The notes under the pieces: generated by a model
Databases searched by the model: none
Told to the model about the DNA's origin: nothing
Seen by the model: only the letters and a program-made list of their open reading frames with translations
In this document: positions 1 through 8,881 of the stretch, in pieces
How positions within the stretch are numbered: the stretch's first letter is position 1
How the letters are laid out: each line of letters opens with the position of its first letter
Virus genome (UHGV): UHGV-1374697
DNA: 64,000 bases
Direction: 5' to 3' (one strand)
Origin: a virus
Position numbers and translations under genes: made by a program

Positions 1-7
1 AACAGAT

Positions 8-580
8 ATGAAACCTATCGCACTCGCTCAACAAATCATGCTCCTTCATTCTTGGACTAGAAATAATGAGGGAAGCACCGGGGAACTTTGGGATACTATT
101 ATCCTTCCCACCAAGACTAAATCTGAACTCTATATTCCCCGGAACCCGGAGGCTGACAATCTCCAATCCGTGCGGACTAAGTTCCTGATTGAAGCCTTCG
201 GAATCGGCAAGGTAATCATGACAGACACTCACTTCATCGTCCGCACACTTTATGACCCAAAGGCGTATGAGAACCACACGGTGCGCATCCTCCGGCTAAA
301 CGCGCCAGAGACGCGGCGTGGCAAGGATTGCACGTATGCCACCGAAATAAATTTCGGAGGACATTACACCATTCGATATAGCGAAACCCTTTACGACGCT
401 ATGTTTAAGGCCCACCCCTCGCTAGTCCTCTCTGCCAAGATGGGCTTCCCCTTAGCAGTCGAAGGCACTCCGATTTTGACGATGGCTCCCGACTACATGC
501 GGCTGAACATGGGGGACCTGACCAATGAGGAAATCCTCTCACTCCACAAGAGTTCCTTCCAATGCAATTTGAGAGTTTAA
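8..580 (+). CDS. hypothetical protein, possibly staphylococcal-nuclease (SNase)-like
   Basis: Motifs IMTDTHF and RILRLNAPETRRGKD resemble the SNase GDT and (I/V)DAPE calcium-site motifs. Weak resemblance, by eye only. Confidence 0.3.
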   Translation: MKPIALAQQIMLLHSWTRNNEGSTGELWDTIILPTKTKSELYIPRNPEADNLQSVRTKFLIEAFGIGKVIMTDTHFIVRTLYDPKAYENHTVRILRLNAPETRRGKDCTYATEINFGGHYTIRYSETLYDAMFKAHPSLVLSAKMGFPLAVEGTPILTMAPDYMRLNMGDLTNEEILSLHKSSFQCNLRV

Positions 581-694
581 CCCAACAATTTCTTGCACTC
601 CTTCGGGTTTCCCGTTTAACTCGGAAGATAATGCAGGAACAAAAAGAACAATACGAACGAAATCCAAAAAGTTATAACCACTTCTATCAAGAAT

Positions 695-1231
695 ATGTTA
701 GAACCCAAAGAATTAGAGAAATATATCGACGAGGACATCAACCCCGGTGACTACATTGTCAGAGAACTGGGTGGACAGTATTACGTGGGACAGGTAATCG
801 AACTTTCCCCGAACTTCTACAAATACAAGGTCATAAATGCTTTCCCTCCGGGTGAGGCAGTTGTCCGTCATGAAGAGGCAATCAAATGTTACCCTGCACC
901 TCTTCGGAAGTTTAAGGAGGGGGACGTGGTAATTTGTAGAGAACATATAGGTAAATGGACTGTAATGGAGGACGAGAAGGATTCCGTTCTTGTAGGTATT
1001 AAGGATAAATGTACAGGGACTATCAAAGCAGTAACCCCTGCCTCCCTCCTTCTCATCAGACCAATAGACCTGCATCATCGATTCAAATTTATCAACGGGG
1101 TTCTTTGGGACTTCAAGAAGAACCAGCCCGTACACATCGACCCTTCATGGGAGGGAACCACTGGAATGGAACGCCTCTGCAATCTTCTGAATGAAATAGT
1201 TAAAGACGAAAAGAAAGAGCTTGACAAGTAA
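695..1231 (+). CDS. hypothetical protein with two (F)KxGDxV SH3/KOW-like modules
   Basis: Long ORF in a tight co-directional operon. GDYIVRELGG and FKEGDVVICREHIGKW modules recur in other small proteins of this phage. Confidence 0.4.
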   Translation: MLEPKELEKYIDEDINPGDYIVRELGGQYYVGQVIELSPNFYKYKVINAFPPGEAVVRHEEAIKCYPAPLRKFKEGDVVICREHIGKWTVMEDEKDSVLVGIKDKCTGTIKAVTPASLLLIRPIDLHHRFKFINGVLWDFKKNQPVHIDPSWEGTTGMERLCNLLNEIVKDEKKELDK

Positions 1232-1249
1232 TAAATCCCAGAAAGAAGT

Positions 1250-1462
1250 ATGGACCCAGAATATGAATGCCCTCTGTGCGGAAGCCTCATGAGGCTAAGC
1301 AACGACGTCTGTTACTATGACAACTATGAACGGGAATGGAGACCCGCCCCTTATTGGGAATGCATAAGCTGTCCCCTCGCCACCTCTCCCCAATATAGCG
1401 AAGAGGACGCAAAGGACGAACTCCTTTCTCTGCTGTCACAATTTTCGCAACAATCTTCTTGA
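1250..1462 (+). CDS. small zinc-ribbon protein
   Basis: CPLCG...CYYD...WECISCP: two CxxC-type pairs in 70 aa. Preceded by the CTTGACAAGTAATAAA motif. Confidence 0.45.
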   Translation: MDPEYECPLCGSLMRLSNDVCYYDNYEREWRPAPYWECISCPLATSPQYSEEDAKDELLSLLSQFSQQSS

Positions 1463-1495
1463 CAAGTAATAAAACCCAGATACTATTATCCGTAC

Positions 1496-2095
1496 ATGAA
1501 TACCACAGAACCAAACGAATTGAGCCTCGACAATATTCAGGAAGAGGTAGCCCGCATTCTCACCGAACCGAAGTCTATCGTGTTGAAGGAAAGACTGCAA
1601 CGGGAGTGGGATGCAGTCCCTACCTTCAACCTGCCCCTCGACGCGCCCGCGGATGCGGTTGCCGAGAAGGCTCTTGAACTGGGTGACTACGCCGCCAACA
1701 TCTTTGATATTGAACCCCCGCCGCTGGCGGGAGTTCAGTTCATCATGGCAGAAGTCGCCGAGAACCTCGTCACTGTGAAGGAATACATTGCCTTTATGCA
1801 GGAGCTTGAGAACCCCGGCAAGGCGTGCAATATCTTTACAGATTCCCACGTTATGATTAAGGCACTCGTCCTCTTCATGGCCATTCACCTCTTGGTAGCG
1901 TATGCTAGTCAGAACGACCCGGACCGCATTGATGAAGAGAAGGGAGGCATCTCCGCATTCCGTCTCTTCTCCGTGGCGAGCAATGTAATTTCCATGAACC
2001 TGATGGAACAATCCACTCTTACCTTCGTAGATAAGTCGGAGCTTGCCGAGAAGGAAGCTAACGCCCGTAAAATTATTCTGCCCCATGAGGCATAA
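1496..2095 (+). CDS. hypothetical protein
   Basis: 199-aa ORF, preceded by the CTTGACAAGTAATAAAA motif at ~1450. Confidence 0.45.
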   Translation: MNTTEPNELSLDNIQEEVARILTEPKSIVLKERLQREWDAVPTFNLPLDAPADAVAEKALELGDYAANIFDIEPPPLAGVQFIMAEVAENLVTVKEYIAFMQELENPGKACNIFTDSHVMIKALVLFMAIHLLVAYASQNDPDRIDEEKGGISAFRLFSVASNVISMNLMEQSTLTFVDKSELAEKEANARKIILPHEA

Positions 2096-2097
2096 AG

Positions 2098-2357
2098 CAA
2101 TGGAAACGACTAGTGAACAGGAAGATTATCGTATAATTGCCCGTGCCCTGCTTGAACGTGTATGCCATCGCGCATGTCGGCAAGCAGAGATATATAGGGC
2201 AGAACCAACAAAGAAGGAGTACCTTCACATGATAATGATTTTACTTCAGGTTCCTTACCCGGAAACATGTCAAAAAACCGTAGAGAAAGAGCTTGACAGA
2301 ATCATTAGCGAAGGTATCATACACGTCGGAAAGGAAGACGACAATGGAGATAGGTAA
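2098..2357 (+). CDS. hypothetical small protein (internal-Met start of ORF 2043..2357)
   Basis: ORF in frame after the stop of the upstream gene; overlaps the ligase start by 14 bp. Confidence 0.3.
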
Positions 2358-4341
2358 TCCTAAAAACATGAGCGTGAAGGAGTTGGAGGAAGCGATTGCA
2401 TTCTTCAATAGCTCCTACTACAATGAGGGGAAGACCCTCATTCCCGACACGGTTTACGATACTCTGGTTGAAGAACTGCGTTCCCGTTCCCCGGAATCCA
2501 AGGAACTCGATAGTCTTGGGGACGACGTACAACGGGGAGCCAAGACCTTCCGGCATCCTAATCCCGTCCTGTCTCTCGCCAAGATTCATGAGGGCAAGGA
2601 CGGAATTGGTATGGACCAGCTTCGCGGCTGGATTGCCGGACGTGATGTCGTGGTTGAACCGAAGTATGATGGCCTCACCCTCGTTCTGTACATTGAAAAG
2701 GGGCGGCTCGTCAAGGCTGTTACCCGTGGCAACGGAACCGAGGGGGAAGTAATCCCCCTTGATAAGGTTCTCTACATGGTCCCGCCAAGTTATGGCAATT
2801 ACACGGGAGCTATCCGTGGGGAAGTGGTTGTGGCTAAGAGCAACGAGGGGCAGGTGGAAAGCATGGGGTACTCCAACCTCCGCGCCTGTGCCGTCGGTCA
2901 ACTCCGCAACAATAAGCTCAAGTGGTCTGACTGGCTCATTACCTTCATCCCGTTCGATGCAAGTCCCTTCCCGGAGGGTGTTGAATCCCGCATGGAACTG
3001 CGTGGATGGCTGATGGAAATGTTTGACCTCGTAACTCTCCCCAATGAATGGCCAGAAGGCGAAGCTCTGACGGATGAATACATCCGGGACATGGCCAAGT
3101 ACCTGCGCGACGACATCGCATATCCTACTGATGGTATTGTGTTTAAGTTGAACCAGAAGAATGCTATTGCCGCGGCGGGAGAGGCTACCGCCCATCACCC
3201 GAAGGATGCTGTAGCCTTTAAGTTCAACCCGCAGGGCGTAGAGACTACCCTTCGCGATGTCATTTGGCAAGTAGGAAGGACAGGGGTATTAACTCCGGTT
3301 GCTGTCTTCGATACGGTGAAGATTGGTGGAACCAACGTTTCCCGTGCTACCCTCTCCAATGTGGCTAATGCGGCATCCTTCCACATTGGTGATACCGTGG
3401 AGGTGGTTAAGGCAGGGGAGATTATTCCGTACATCCGCAAGGTTCGCGGCTGTGACAATACGGTTTCCGTTGTCCCTCTGACCTGCCCCTGTTGTGGCTC
3501 CACGTTATTCCCTTGTGACCTCAACATCTTCTGTACCAATCCGTTGTGCAGGGATAAGGTAGCGGCCAAGCTGGAATACGCATGCGGTAAGAACGCACTG
3601 GACATCGATGGCATGGGACTTGTATTCTCACGTATGATTGCAGACAAACTGCTCGCCGGGGAGAATGATGTAGAGCCTCCGACCGCAGAAACTGCTTACC
3701 TCCACCACCCGTTCCTGCTTCTCATGTCCGGCACGATGGACAATCTCATCAACGGAATCCCCGGAACCCAAGGGTACAGAGGATTCCTTGAAATCGTGGA
3801 GGAACGGAAGCACCATGCAACCCTTGCTCAATGGATTACTGCAATGGAGATTCCCCATGTCGGTTGCACCCGTGCGGAAAGTCTCTCCTATGCTTACCCC
3901 AATCTCTACTCTTTCCTCACTCTCTTCCCCGAAGATTTAAGGAACAAGCGTCATGCGGAGTTCGGCCCTCTGATGACCGAGGCAATTCTGAATTACATGG
4001 AGACCGTGCCAACGTGGAACGAGATGACGGCAATGGTTATGACAGGGGATATTCCCAATGCCGAGGGCAATGTTCCCAAGAGCACCGCGTTGCGGGGAGT
4101 AAACTTCGTCATCACGGGAACCCTGTCCCAGCCTCGCCATGTATATAACCTGCTCGTTCAGGACATGGGAGGCACGGTCAAGGAGAACGTGTCAAGGAAG
4201 ACCAACTACCTTGTTGTCGGTAAGGAACCGGGGGAGCACAAGCAAAAGATTGCGAGGCTCCATAAGATTCCTTCAATTACAGAAGAAGAATTTATGCAAA
4301 TGATTAACCCTTCAATTACGAATGAAGAAAATTCTCACTGA
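2344..4341 (+). CDS. ligA: NAD-dependent DNA ligase (LigA-like)
   Basis: N-terminal Ia-like region (SVKELEEAIAFFNSSYYNEG...YDTLVEEL); adenylation motif EPKYDGLTLVLY (KxDG); zinc-finger CPCCGS...CTNPLC; C-terminal BRCT-like VNFVITGTL...YLVVGKEPG. ORF-track start 2293; likely true start Met 2344 or 2368. Confidence 0.85.
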   Translation: MEIGNPKNMSVKELEEAIAFFNSSYYNEGKTLIPDTVYDTLVEELRSRSPESKELDSLGDDVQRGAKTFRHPNPVLSLAKIHEGKDGIGMDQLRGWIAGRDVVVEPKYDGLTLVLYIEKGRLVKAVTRGNGTEGEVIPLDKVLYMVPPSYGNYTGAIRGEVVVAKSNEGQVESMGYSNLRACAVGQLRNNKLKWSDWLITFIPFDASPFPEGVESRMELRGWLMEMFDLVTLPNEWPEGEALTDEYIRDMAKYLRDDIAYPTDGIVFKLNQKNAIAAAGEATAHHPKDAVAFKFNPQGVETTLRDVIWQVGRTGVLTPVAVFDTVKIGGTNVSRATLSNVANAASFHIGDTVEVVKAGEIIPYIRKVRGCDNTVSVVPLTCPCCGSTLFPCDLNIFCTNPLCRDKVAAKLEYACGKNALDIDGMGLVFSRMIADKLLAGENDVEPPTAETAYLHHPFLLLMSGTMDNLINGIPGTQGYRGFLEIVEERKHHATLAQWITAMEIPHVGCTRAESLSYAYPNLYSFLTLFPEDLRNKRHAEFGPLMTEAILNYMETVPTWNEMTAMVMTGDIPNAEGNVPKSTALRGVNFVITGTLSQPRHVYNLLVQDMGGTVKENVSRKTNYLVVGKEPGEHKQKIARLHKIPSITEEEFMQMINPSITNEENSH

Positions 4342-4651
4342 ATTTACCCGTAACCCCTTCACCTGTCGCCTCATTTTCCGTGAGGCTGGCGTTGCCATCT
4401 ATGAGCTAACCCATAAAGGAAGCGGGAAGGTAAACAATTATGAGGTTGTCATCGTCCGTCAGCACAAAGCGGACAATGATTTCATCAAGGTTAAAGCCGG
4501 AGATGAATACCTCCCCAGCACCAGTGAGTGGGGCCAGTATGGATGGACATTCCCCACTCTTGAACTCGCAAACTACAAAGCCAAACATTTAATTCATGAA
4601 CGTTCAACAAAGAAACTTCTCTTGACAGGCGATAAAATTCTGATAAGATAA
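4322..4651 (+). CDS. hypothetical protein
   Basis: 109-aa ORF overlapping the ligase stop. No HuH/Y1 transposase motifs, so not a TnpA. Confidence 0.4.
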   Translation: MKKILTEFTRNPFTCRLIFREAGVAIYELTHKGSGKVNNYEVVIVRQHKADNDFIKVKAGDEYLPSTSEWGQYGWTFPTLELANYKAKHLIHERSTKKLLLTGDKILIR

Positions 4652-4664
4652 CGCCATCTCAACA

Positions 4665-5876
4665 ATGTTCCAGTCCCACAAAGTAAGACTAAAACCGAAT
4701 AAAGCGCAAGCCGAGTTCTTTCGTCAGAACTTTGGCGCGGCTCGGTTTATCTACAACTGGGGACTGGAACAACTCATAAAGCATTGGGAAGAGAATAAGG
4801 ATAAGGAAAAGAAGGACAGGGAAAAGCGGCCGACGGCCTTTGACCTGAATAAGAAGCTAATCCATTTGAAGAACACGGATGAGAAATATGCGTGGCTAAA
4901 GGATGTGGATTCTCGAATCCTTCCCTTTACTCTTGCAAACCTCGACGATGCTTTCAAGAAATTCTTTACCGGACAAGCAAAGTATCCGAAGTTCAAAAGC
5001 AAGAGAGATAGTAGGCAATCATACTCCACTAAAACGCCTTCCTATCCTAGGCTCAAGGATAGTAACCACATTCTTCTTCCAAAGATAGGCTCTGTTAAAT
5101 TCTACAACAGGAACTATCTTCCGAAGGTAGAATACAAACGTGCGACAATTAGCACAGACGGAGATTATATCTACTGTTCTGTCCTCTTTGATGCTTCTCC
5201 AAAAGAGTTACCTGCTCCTATTCATGAATCCGTAGGTATTGACCTCGGAGTTAAGACTGCGGTTACTACCTCACACGGTACAACCTTTCACCTTAAACGG
5301 AATCGTAGAGTGGAACGCAGATTGAAACGAGCACAACGAATTGTATCTCGTCGGAAGAAGGATTCACGGAGAAGGCTTAAGGCTCGCAAACGTCTGCGCA
5401 TCCTATATCGTAAAATTTCCAACCAGCGAAACGACTTCATAAATAAAACCACCTCCACTCTTGTTAGCGAGAACCAAGTAATAAGAATGGAAGACCTCAA
5501 TACGAAGGGGATGATGAAGAACCATCACCTCGCCGCAAGTATCGCGCACGCTAGTTTCTTTGAGATTAAGCGACAATTATCATACAAGTGCGAATGGTAT
5601 GAACGTTCCCTTCAACTGGTCTCTCGGTTTTATCCTTCATCCCAACTTTGCTCACACTGTGGTGCGCGGAATAAGGAGATGAAGAATTTGAATAGACGAA
5701 CATTTGTTTGTCATACTTGCGGATTTAGTCTTGACCGAGACGTAAATGCCGCTATAAACATCGATAACTTCTGTACCCACGGGGAGTGGGAAACAGGCAG
5801 AAGTTCTGCCAACGACCGTGGAGATTCGAGTTCCACAAAAAGGAGATATTCTCTTTCTAGTGTAGCGAATCGTTGA
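4665..5876 (+). CDS. tnpB: TnpB-like RNA-guided endonuclease (IS200/IS605 OrfB family), no adjacent tnpA
   Basis: RuvC-I GIDLGVKTAV; RuvC-II RMEDLNTKGM; C-terminal zinc finger CSHCG...CHTCG followed by RuvC-III DRDVNAAINI; N-terminal KVRLKPNKAQAEFF typical of OrfB. Confidence 0.85.
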   Translation: MFQSHKVRLKPNKAQAEFFRQNFGAARFIYNWGLEQLIKHWEENKDKEKKDREKRPTAFDLNKKLIHLKNTDEKYAWLKDVDSRILPFTLANLDDAFKKFFTGQAKYPKFKSKRDSRQSYSTKTPSYPRLKDSNHILLPKIGSVKFYNRNYLPKVEYKRATISTDGDYIYCSVLFDASPKELPAPIHESVGIDLGVKTAVTTSHGTTFHLKRNRRVERRLKRAQRIVSRRKKDSRRRLKARKRLRILYRKISNQRNDFINKTTSTLVSENQVIRMEDLNTKGMMKNHHLAASIAHASFFEIKRQLSYKCEWYERSLQLVSRFYPSSQLCSHCGARNKEMKNLNRRTFVCHTCGFSLDRDVNAAINIDNFCTHGEWETGRSSANDRGDSSSTKRRYSLSSVANR

Positions 5877-5904
5877 AGCGGTAATTATAGAAACACACAC
5901 AAAC

Positions 5905-6600
5905 ATGACCAAAGTAAAGTATATAAACCCCAACGTTCTCTGGATAAATCAGGAAGTCACACTTCCGCTAACTAAATCAGTAATAGATAAACAGGTTGAG
6001 GCCGCAGAGATAATGGGTCGTATCTGCTATAAAAGCGAACCGAAGGGCGACCCCATTGCGTTTCTCTCCCGTATCATTAACCGCGGACATGAAAGTGTCA
6101 TCGAGCATATCAATATTCCCGCAGTCCTCCTGACGGACAGGGCAGTGACACATCAGTTGGTGCGACACAGGCATGCCGTTTTTTCCCAAGAAAGCCAACG
6201 CTATGTCAACTACTCCCGGAAGGGAATCATTTGCTTCACCCGTCCGCAGTTCTTTAACGACGAGAAGGTTGACCCGAAGACCATTGAAGAGTTTAAGGAT
6301 ACCTGCCAGAACCTTGCGGAGAAGTACGTGGAACTTATCCAAGGAGGACTGCCTCCCGAAGAAGCGCGGGGGTTGCTTCCGAACTGTACGGCTACGGTGA
6401 TTGGCGTGACTGCTAACCTCCGTGAGTGGAGGCACATCTTCCGTATGCGATTGGACGGCGCGGCCCAGCCACAAATCCGTGCGCTCCTTCTGGCCCTCCG
6501 GCAAAAGATGGAATTGAAGTACGACCTCGCATGGGCATTCAAGGACATCCCCGTTGATACTAACCGACTTCATTCCGTTCCAGAACTATGGGCAAAATAA
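5905..6600 (+). CDS. thyX: flavin-dependent thymidylate synthase ThyX
   Basis: ThyX signature RHRHAVFSQESQRY (RHRx7SxR) and HESVIEH motif. Confidence 0.9.
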   Translation: MTKVKYINPNVLWINQEVTLPLTKSVIDKQVEAAEIMGRICYKSEPKGDPIAFLSRIINRGHESVIEHINIPAVLLTDRAVTHQLVRHRHAVFSQESQRYVNYSRKGIICFTRPQFFNDEKVDPKTIEEFKDTCQNLAEKYVELIQGGLPPEEARGLLPNCTATVIGVTANLREWRHIFRMRLDGAAQPQIRALLLALRQKMELKYDLAWAFKDIPVDTNRLHSVPELWAK

Positions 6601-7193
6601 GTCTCAAGAAGTATCGGGAACAGATGGCGGCCAACATGAAACACCCTTGTGGGAAGCGTCGAAGAGGAAGGTTTAAGTGCAAGAAATATGGAGATAAATT
6701 TTACTGGTATCGAGATAGCCCCGCGGAGCAAAAGAAGTTCTTGAGGGAGACAAAAGCTAACAAGCTTCGGTCTCGCATCATGCCTGAACATAAGCAACTT
6801 ATCCATGCCTCTCTCCGGTCGAAGAAACAACTGACCGAGGAACAACTAACCTATGGTCGCATCCTTGCATCCAATAAAATATCTACTGGTGCAGTTGGAG
6901 AAACTACCCCAGATGAAATCCCTAGCTGGATTAAGGGGGACAACTCCTTTTTCTTCCAGTTTAAATTTCATGGCTATTTCATCAACAGTAAAGTTCCTGT
7001 GGCTCTTGTTGGAAGTTCCTCTGCGGCTCTGGAAATATGCAGGAAGGCGTACAAGTTCGCACGGAGAATTACAAGGAAGTGGACAGTCAAAGAAGGATGT
7101 TTAACTCTACCCTCTCCCCGCCTCTTCGTCATAGCTAAGATGTCTATTCGCAAATATATCAACAAACAAATTTACAAGCACCTCACCAAATAG
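6588..7193 (+). CDS. hypothetical basic protein
   Basis: 201-aa Lys/Arg-rich ORF overlapping thyX by 13 bp. Confidence 0.4.
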   Translation: MGKISLKKYREQMAANMKHPCGKRRRGRFKCKKYGDKFYWYRDSPAEQKKFLRETKANKLRSRIMPEHKQLIHASLRSKKQLTEEQLTYGRILASNKISTGAVGETTPDEIPSWIKGDNSFFFQFKFHGYFINSKVPVALVGSSSAALEICRKAYKFARRITRKWTVKEGCLTLPSPRLFVIAKMSIRKYINKQIYKHLTK

Positions 7194-7194
7194 T

Positions 7195-7701
7195 ATGCAC
7201 GCTCACGAAGCAATCAACGCAATCGTTTCAACCAAGGTAAACTCACAGGCTTTCCCCGACCTGCCGGAAGGAAAGGAATCCATGAACGATGCCGTCAACC
7301 ACCCGAAGCATTACACCTCCCACCCCAGCGGAATCGAGACCATAGAAATTACTGGCAAGCTTCCCTTCGCGTTAGGGAACGCCGTCAAGTATTTGATGCG
7401 GTCACAGTACAAGAAGGACCGTATTGAAGACCTCAAGAAAGCACGGTGGTATCTCGAATACCACGCTAAGCACTGGTCCAAGGTGTTCGAAACCTTTGAC
7501 CTTTACCTTATCCTTGAACAGTTCAGGCGTACAGTCATGAGCCATAGCTACCAACGTAGCCCCGAAGATTCCATTCTGGTACGGCTCTTCTATATCTGGG
7601 CGCATGATAAGTTGGTTGAGGTAAACCCCGCATCGGAATTGCAACGATGTATCGGCGAGATTACCCAGCTAATAGAATCCCTCGAAGCGAAACAGAACTA
7701 A
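7195..7701 (+). CDS. hypothetical phage protein with NHPKHY motif (DUF3310-like, recalled from memory)
   Basis: AVNHPKHYT...GIETIEI resembles the conserved NHPxHY core of a phage-restricted family. Family assignment unverified. Confidence 0.4.
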   Translation: MHAHEAINAIVSTKVNSQAFPDLPEGKESMNDAVNHPKHYTSHPSGIETIEITGKLPFALGNAVKYLMRSQYKKDRIEDLKKARWYLEYHAKHWSKVFETFDLYLILEQFRRTVMSHSYQRSPEDSILVRLFYIWAHDKLVEVNPASELQRCIGEITQLIESLEAKQN

Positions 7702-7709
7702 AACAAAAA

Positions 7710-7738
7710 CCCCGGAAGGTATTTCCTTCCGGGGTTTT
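7710..7738. terminator. bidirectional rho-independent terminator between convergent gene blocks
   Basis: Perfect 10-bp stem CCCCGGAAGG/CCTTCCGGGG with loop TATTT. Flanked by an A-run upstream and TTTT downstream, so it works on either strand. Confidence 0.6.
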
Positions 7739-7824
7739 CGCTTAGAACCCAAACAACTTACAGTCCAAACAGAATGATGTCGTTGCGGATTCTTTATACC
7801 ATGCAGTACCTATGATGTCAATAC

Positions 7825-8205
7825 CTAACTGACAGGAACTTCGTTTTTCTCAATGCTCGCCATCAGTTCGGCGAGCTTTTTCTTTTTGGTTTCGAGTTGT
7901 TGTTCGAGCCTCTCTATCTCTTCGACGTAATCGTGGCACGCATGCTTGGCCGCGTCCTGATAGGTGAGGAAGACAGTGTGGTTGAGATAGCCATTATCTA
8001 TGGTTCTGAATCGGTGGTTGATGTATTCGATTCTGACACGAGAAACGAAACATTCGAAGGCGACATCAGATACTTCAACGGCTCTCACTGTGGGCATGCC
8101 ACCGCAATGTACGTTAATGAACACCGTGCATCCCTTATACAGGGGGAGCTTGCTAGCTTCTTCTGCTGTGAATATTGAGTTCATACGGAGGGAAGTATGT
8201 ATCAA
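7825..8205 (-). CDS. hypothetical protein with C-terminal coiled coil
   Basis: 126-aa ORF; EEIERLEQQLETKKKKLAELMASIEK heptads. Confidence 0.4.
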   Translation of the reverse strand: MIHTSLRMNSIFTAEEASKLPLYKGCTVFINVHCGGMPTVRAVEVSDVAFECFVSRVRIEYINHRFRTIDNGYLNHTVFLTYQDAAKHACHDYVEEIERLEQQLETKKKKLAELMASIEKNEVPVS

Positions 8206-8224
8206 CTTGAAATAATGTCAAGGA

Positions 8225-8830
8225 CTATTTTAGCCAGCAGTCAGATTCAATATCGAAGTGAGCCTTTACTGACAGGTCGCAACCACATAAGGTACAATAG
8301 AGAGGGGCCGCCCCATCAGTCAGGTCCGCAAGCCCGGAAATTTTTTCCTTGAGGAATTTGCGGCCAGCTCCTTCGGCTCCACATGTGGCGCACCCCTGCT
8401 TCTCTAAATCCGGAGGAGGCGTAGAGGTAGCATAAGGACAGGAGGCGCAGATAGCATAGCGGCGGCGAGCTTCTGCCTCATCTACAAACCTGTGTCCCCG
8501 TCGATACCAGAGAACCATAGTTCCGAAGAAGGCCAATATCTTCTTGGCACTCATGGGTTCATACTCCTTCCATTCAATTCCCTTATCTCCGCAGGTGGTG
8601 CAGTACTGGGGAGGGAGAGAAGCGCAAAGCTCTGATTCAAAGAGCGCAACCTGAAAGGGTTCTCCGTTATTCATGAAGAGACGGGCGACTGATTTGCGGA
8701 GTTGTTCCAGTGAACCCGCGGAAACCTTGGTTCCCTTGAGCCTGACACTCATGGATTCAGGGACAATAAACTTCCAGCCTCCCGGAGGGGTGGCCATAAT
8801 ATGATTGGGTACTATACGAAAAGAGGGCAT
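8225..8830 (-). CDS. cysteine-rich hypothetical protein
   Basis: 201 aa with ~13 Cys including CTTCG, CATCG, CTLCGC pairs. Immediately downstream of the giant ORF. Confidence 0.45.
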   Translation of the reverse strand: MPSFRIVPNHIMATPPGGWKFIVPESMSVRLKGTKVSAGSLEQLRKSVARLFMNNGEPFQVALFESELCASLPPQYCTTCGDKGIEWKEYEPMSAKKILAFFGTMVLWYRRGHRFVDEAEARRRYAICASCPYATSTPPPDLEKQGCATCGAEGAGRKFLKEKISGLADLTDGAAPLYCTLCGCDLSVKAHFDIESDCWLK

Positions 8831-8881
8831 GGGAGAATTATATCTCCCATGCCCCCGAAGGTCAAGGATATAAACAGAGGA

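Noticed and set aside
562-750. 62-aa ORF bridging two genes
   Set aside because: Overlaps both neighbours in other frames. More likely the 114-bp intergenic region carries a TTCTTGCAC promoter-like element.
2043-2357. 104-aa ORF overlapping both the 1496..2095 gene and the ligase start
   Set aside because: The full ORF overlaps the upstream gene by 53 bp. Only the portion from the internal Met at 2098 is plausible, and even that is uncertain.
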